A stretch of 59,198 nt of DNA, counting the filler, from Nitrospinae bacterium RIFCSPLOWO2_12_FULL_45_22 (lineage in GTDB: Bacteria; 2-12-FULL-45-22): NCBI GenBank assembly GCA_001803565.1. It is 5 parts of 5 records of this genome, joined end to end, with 100 filler letters (N's around TTAATTAATTAA, not from the genome) between each part and the next. Parts side by side here need not be neighbours in the genome. Positions count along the whole stretch, not along the records: positions 51,256 to 59,198 come from MHDQ01000070.1; 4 more parts are not named here. One strand, 5' to 3'. The translations under genes were made by a program, and so were the position numbers. A model generated the notes under the pieces. The model was not told the origin of the DNA, made no database searches, and saw only the letters and a program-made list of their open reading frames with translations. Shown here piece by piece: positions 57,835-59,198 of the stretch (position 1 is its first letter; each line of letters opens with the position of its first letter).

Positions 57835-58131
57835 CTAATCCTCCTCACCCAGATTGTGCCTTTTTGTAATCCTTATTATAAAGCCAAATATGTGAAAAAC
57901 CAAAGCTAAAAAGGCTGGATAAAGAGGGGGATGATCGAACTGCCAGGAATAATTTATTCCTCTTGCCCAATTTTCAGCAGCTATGAGAGCGACACGGTCC
58001 CAGTCAGTCAACGGGACATCTAGCTTTACAGTAGCTCCCACTAAAAAAGAAGCAATTGAAAAAAAGAAGAAAAACCATGAAAAAGCTTTAGGCTTGAACA
58101 TTGCCGTTGTGTATACCTCTGTGCAATTCAT
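57835..58131 (-). pseudogene. 5' fragment of a GT39/ArnT-like membrane glycosyltransferase
   Basis: TM segment, D..A and DHPPLYP motif, then a premature end. Confidence 0.5.
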
Positions 58132-58144
58132 TTATATGGGCTAA

Positions 58145-59056
58145 TCATATCTTTTGTTTTCCTACCCTACCTATAATTCCGTGATAGATGGCTTTCATAA
58201 TCACCTTGATCTCTTCTGCATTAATTCTCTTATTTACCCGGAAAGAATCCCGAATAATTTTGGGCAGCCAGAATAAGGTATACAAAGTTAGAGAAGTAAG
58301 CTTCTGTAAAAAGGTAGCATTTTTCTCAATTAAGAGTAGTTTGTTTCTATAAAGGTAATAGAGCCTTTCTGGATTTCGGGTGCCCATGTCGGGAATTTTG
58401 TGTAACGCAATAGCCTTCGGTTCGTAAATAATTTTATATCCATTTTTTTTAGCACGAAGGCAATAATCAACCTCCCACTGGTTGATATAATAATCGGGAT
58501 CAAACCCGCCTAGTTCCTCAAAGATTGCTTTTTTCAAGAGCCAGCAACAGCCGATTACATAATCGCATTCGATTCCTTTCTGTGTGTCCTTTTCACTATA
58601 ACTTCCGATCCACAGATTCACGAATCCGGCTCCGTGAGCCGTTCTTTCAGGAAAGTCGTAATATACGGAGCGTGCACCGACCGTAGCAACCTGATCATCC
58701 TTACAGGCATCGATTAGGCTCAGAAGCGTGGCCGGTTCTAATTCTACATCAGCGTCCAGACCCAATATGAATTCAGTACGGGGTGACATATGCTGCAAGC
58801 CCAAGTTATACGGGATGTAACTTCCATCATTCTTATTCCATTCGATTAGGGAAAGATTAGACCAGCCCTCCTCCTTCATTTTTAGAAATTGTTTTCGAAC
58901 CATTTGAATGGTATTGTCTTGCGATGAGTTATCCCATATCAGAATTTCCATGCTTTGCTTGGGATAATCCAAGCATCGAATTGATTCGATGCAGGCCGAT
59001 AAGTCTAGGCAATCATTATATGTAGGAATGAAGATAGTAACAAACTGTTTTGCCAT
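58145..59056 (-). CDS. GT2 family glycosyltransferase
   Basis: IPTYN, DNSSQD, DAD, G.C.L, GGFD..Y and EVDYC.R. Confidence 0.92.
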   Translation of the reverse strand: MAKQFVTIFIPTYNDCLDLSACIESIRCLDYPKQSMEILIWDNSSQDNTIQMVRKQFLKMKEEGWSNLSLIEWNKNDGSYIPYNLGLQHMSPRTEFILGLDADVELEPATLLSLIDACKDDQVATVGARSVYYDFPERTAHGAGFVNLWIGSYSEKDTQKGIECDYVIGCCWLLKKAIFEELGGFDPDYYINQWEVDYCLRAKKNGYKIIYEPKAIALHKIPDMGTRNPERLYYLYRNKLLLIEKNATFLQKLTSLTLYTLFWLPKIIRDSFRVNKRINAEEIKVIMKAIYHGIIGRVGKQKI

Positions 59057-59058
59057 AT

Positions 59059-59198
59059 CTATTTCCTTGCGATGATCCTGATGGCATATGATTGTGGATT
59101 ATTCTTCCACAAAGTATCCATGTATCCCCAGGTAAAGAGGAAAGGTTGAAGGAGATGTTTAATCGTTTTATTACAATCTGTTAGCAAATCGAGTTCCC
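59059..59198 (-). CDS. 3' end of an upstream gene (partial)
   Basis: Open frame ...NPQSYAIRIIARK* ending just before the GT2 start. Confidence 0.55.
   Translation of the reverse strand, partial: ELDLLTDCNKTIKHLLQPFLFTWGYMDTLWKNNPQSYAIRIIARK

Noticed and set aside
56690-58351. DGR template/variable repeat pair (Avd-like genes are present in the window)
   Set aside because: Mismatches involve all bases and many synonymous positions rather than adenines only, and no reverse transcriptase is present.

Overview
Bacterial draft/metagenomic sequence, probably from an anaerobe. The flagellar DVU0524-like gene, sigma-54 promoter and aromatic/CoA enzymes suggest a Desulfobacterota/Nitrospinota-like host, but this is inference. 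The window is five contigs joined by artificial N44-TTAATTAATTAA-N44 linkers (12430, 25628, 38123, 51156), so no synteny can be claimed across them. Contig 1: accC/accB, Xaa-Pro peptidase, vWA protein and a TPR-exbB-exbD-tonB operon. Contig 2: carB, tsaC, queA, hisC, c-di-GMP genes and flagellar genes (fliS, fliD). Contig 3: a tight four-gene operon (coiled-coil protein, two BrxD/DUF2791-like ATPases, short Lhr-like helicase) that is a candidate new defence system related to Shango and BREX brxD-brxHI, plus LysR, radical SAM, flavoprotein and transposase relics. Contig 4: sugar-nucleotide genes and a candidate anaerobic aromatic catabolism cluster (Hgd/Bcr-like subunits, OYE reductase, UbiD, Ppc-gamma-like subunit, PHP, MaoC, SDR, DUF35, thiolase). 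Contig 5: a polysaccharide locus with an MntA-HepT toxin-antitoxin pair. Throughout the window is a family of nested hairpin cassettes. They have IS66-like GTAA...TTAC ends (two with perfect 8-bp target duplications) and inverted 7-9-mer tandem-repeat arms, and enclose intact, deleted or absent four-helix-bundle/GxxExxY genes. Similar repeats also occur in frame inside carB, asnB and a glycosyltransferase. No rRNA, tRNA or CRISPR array was seen.
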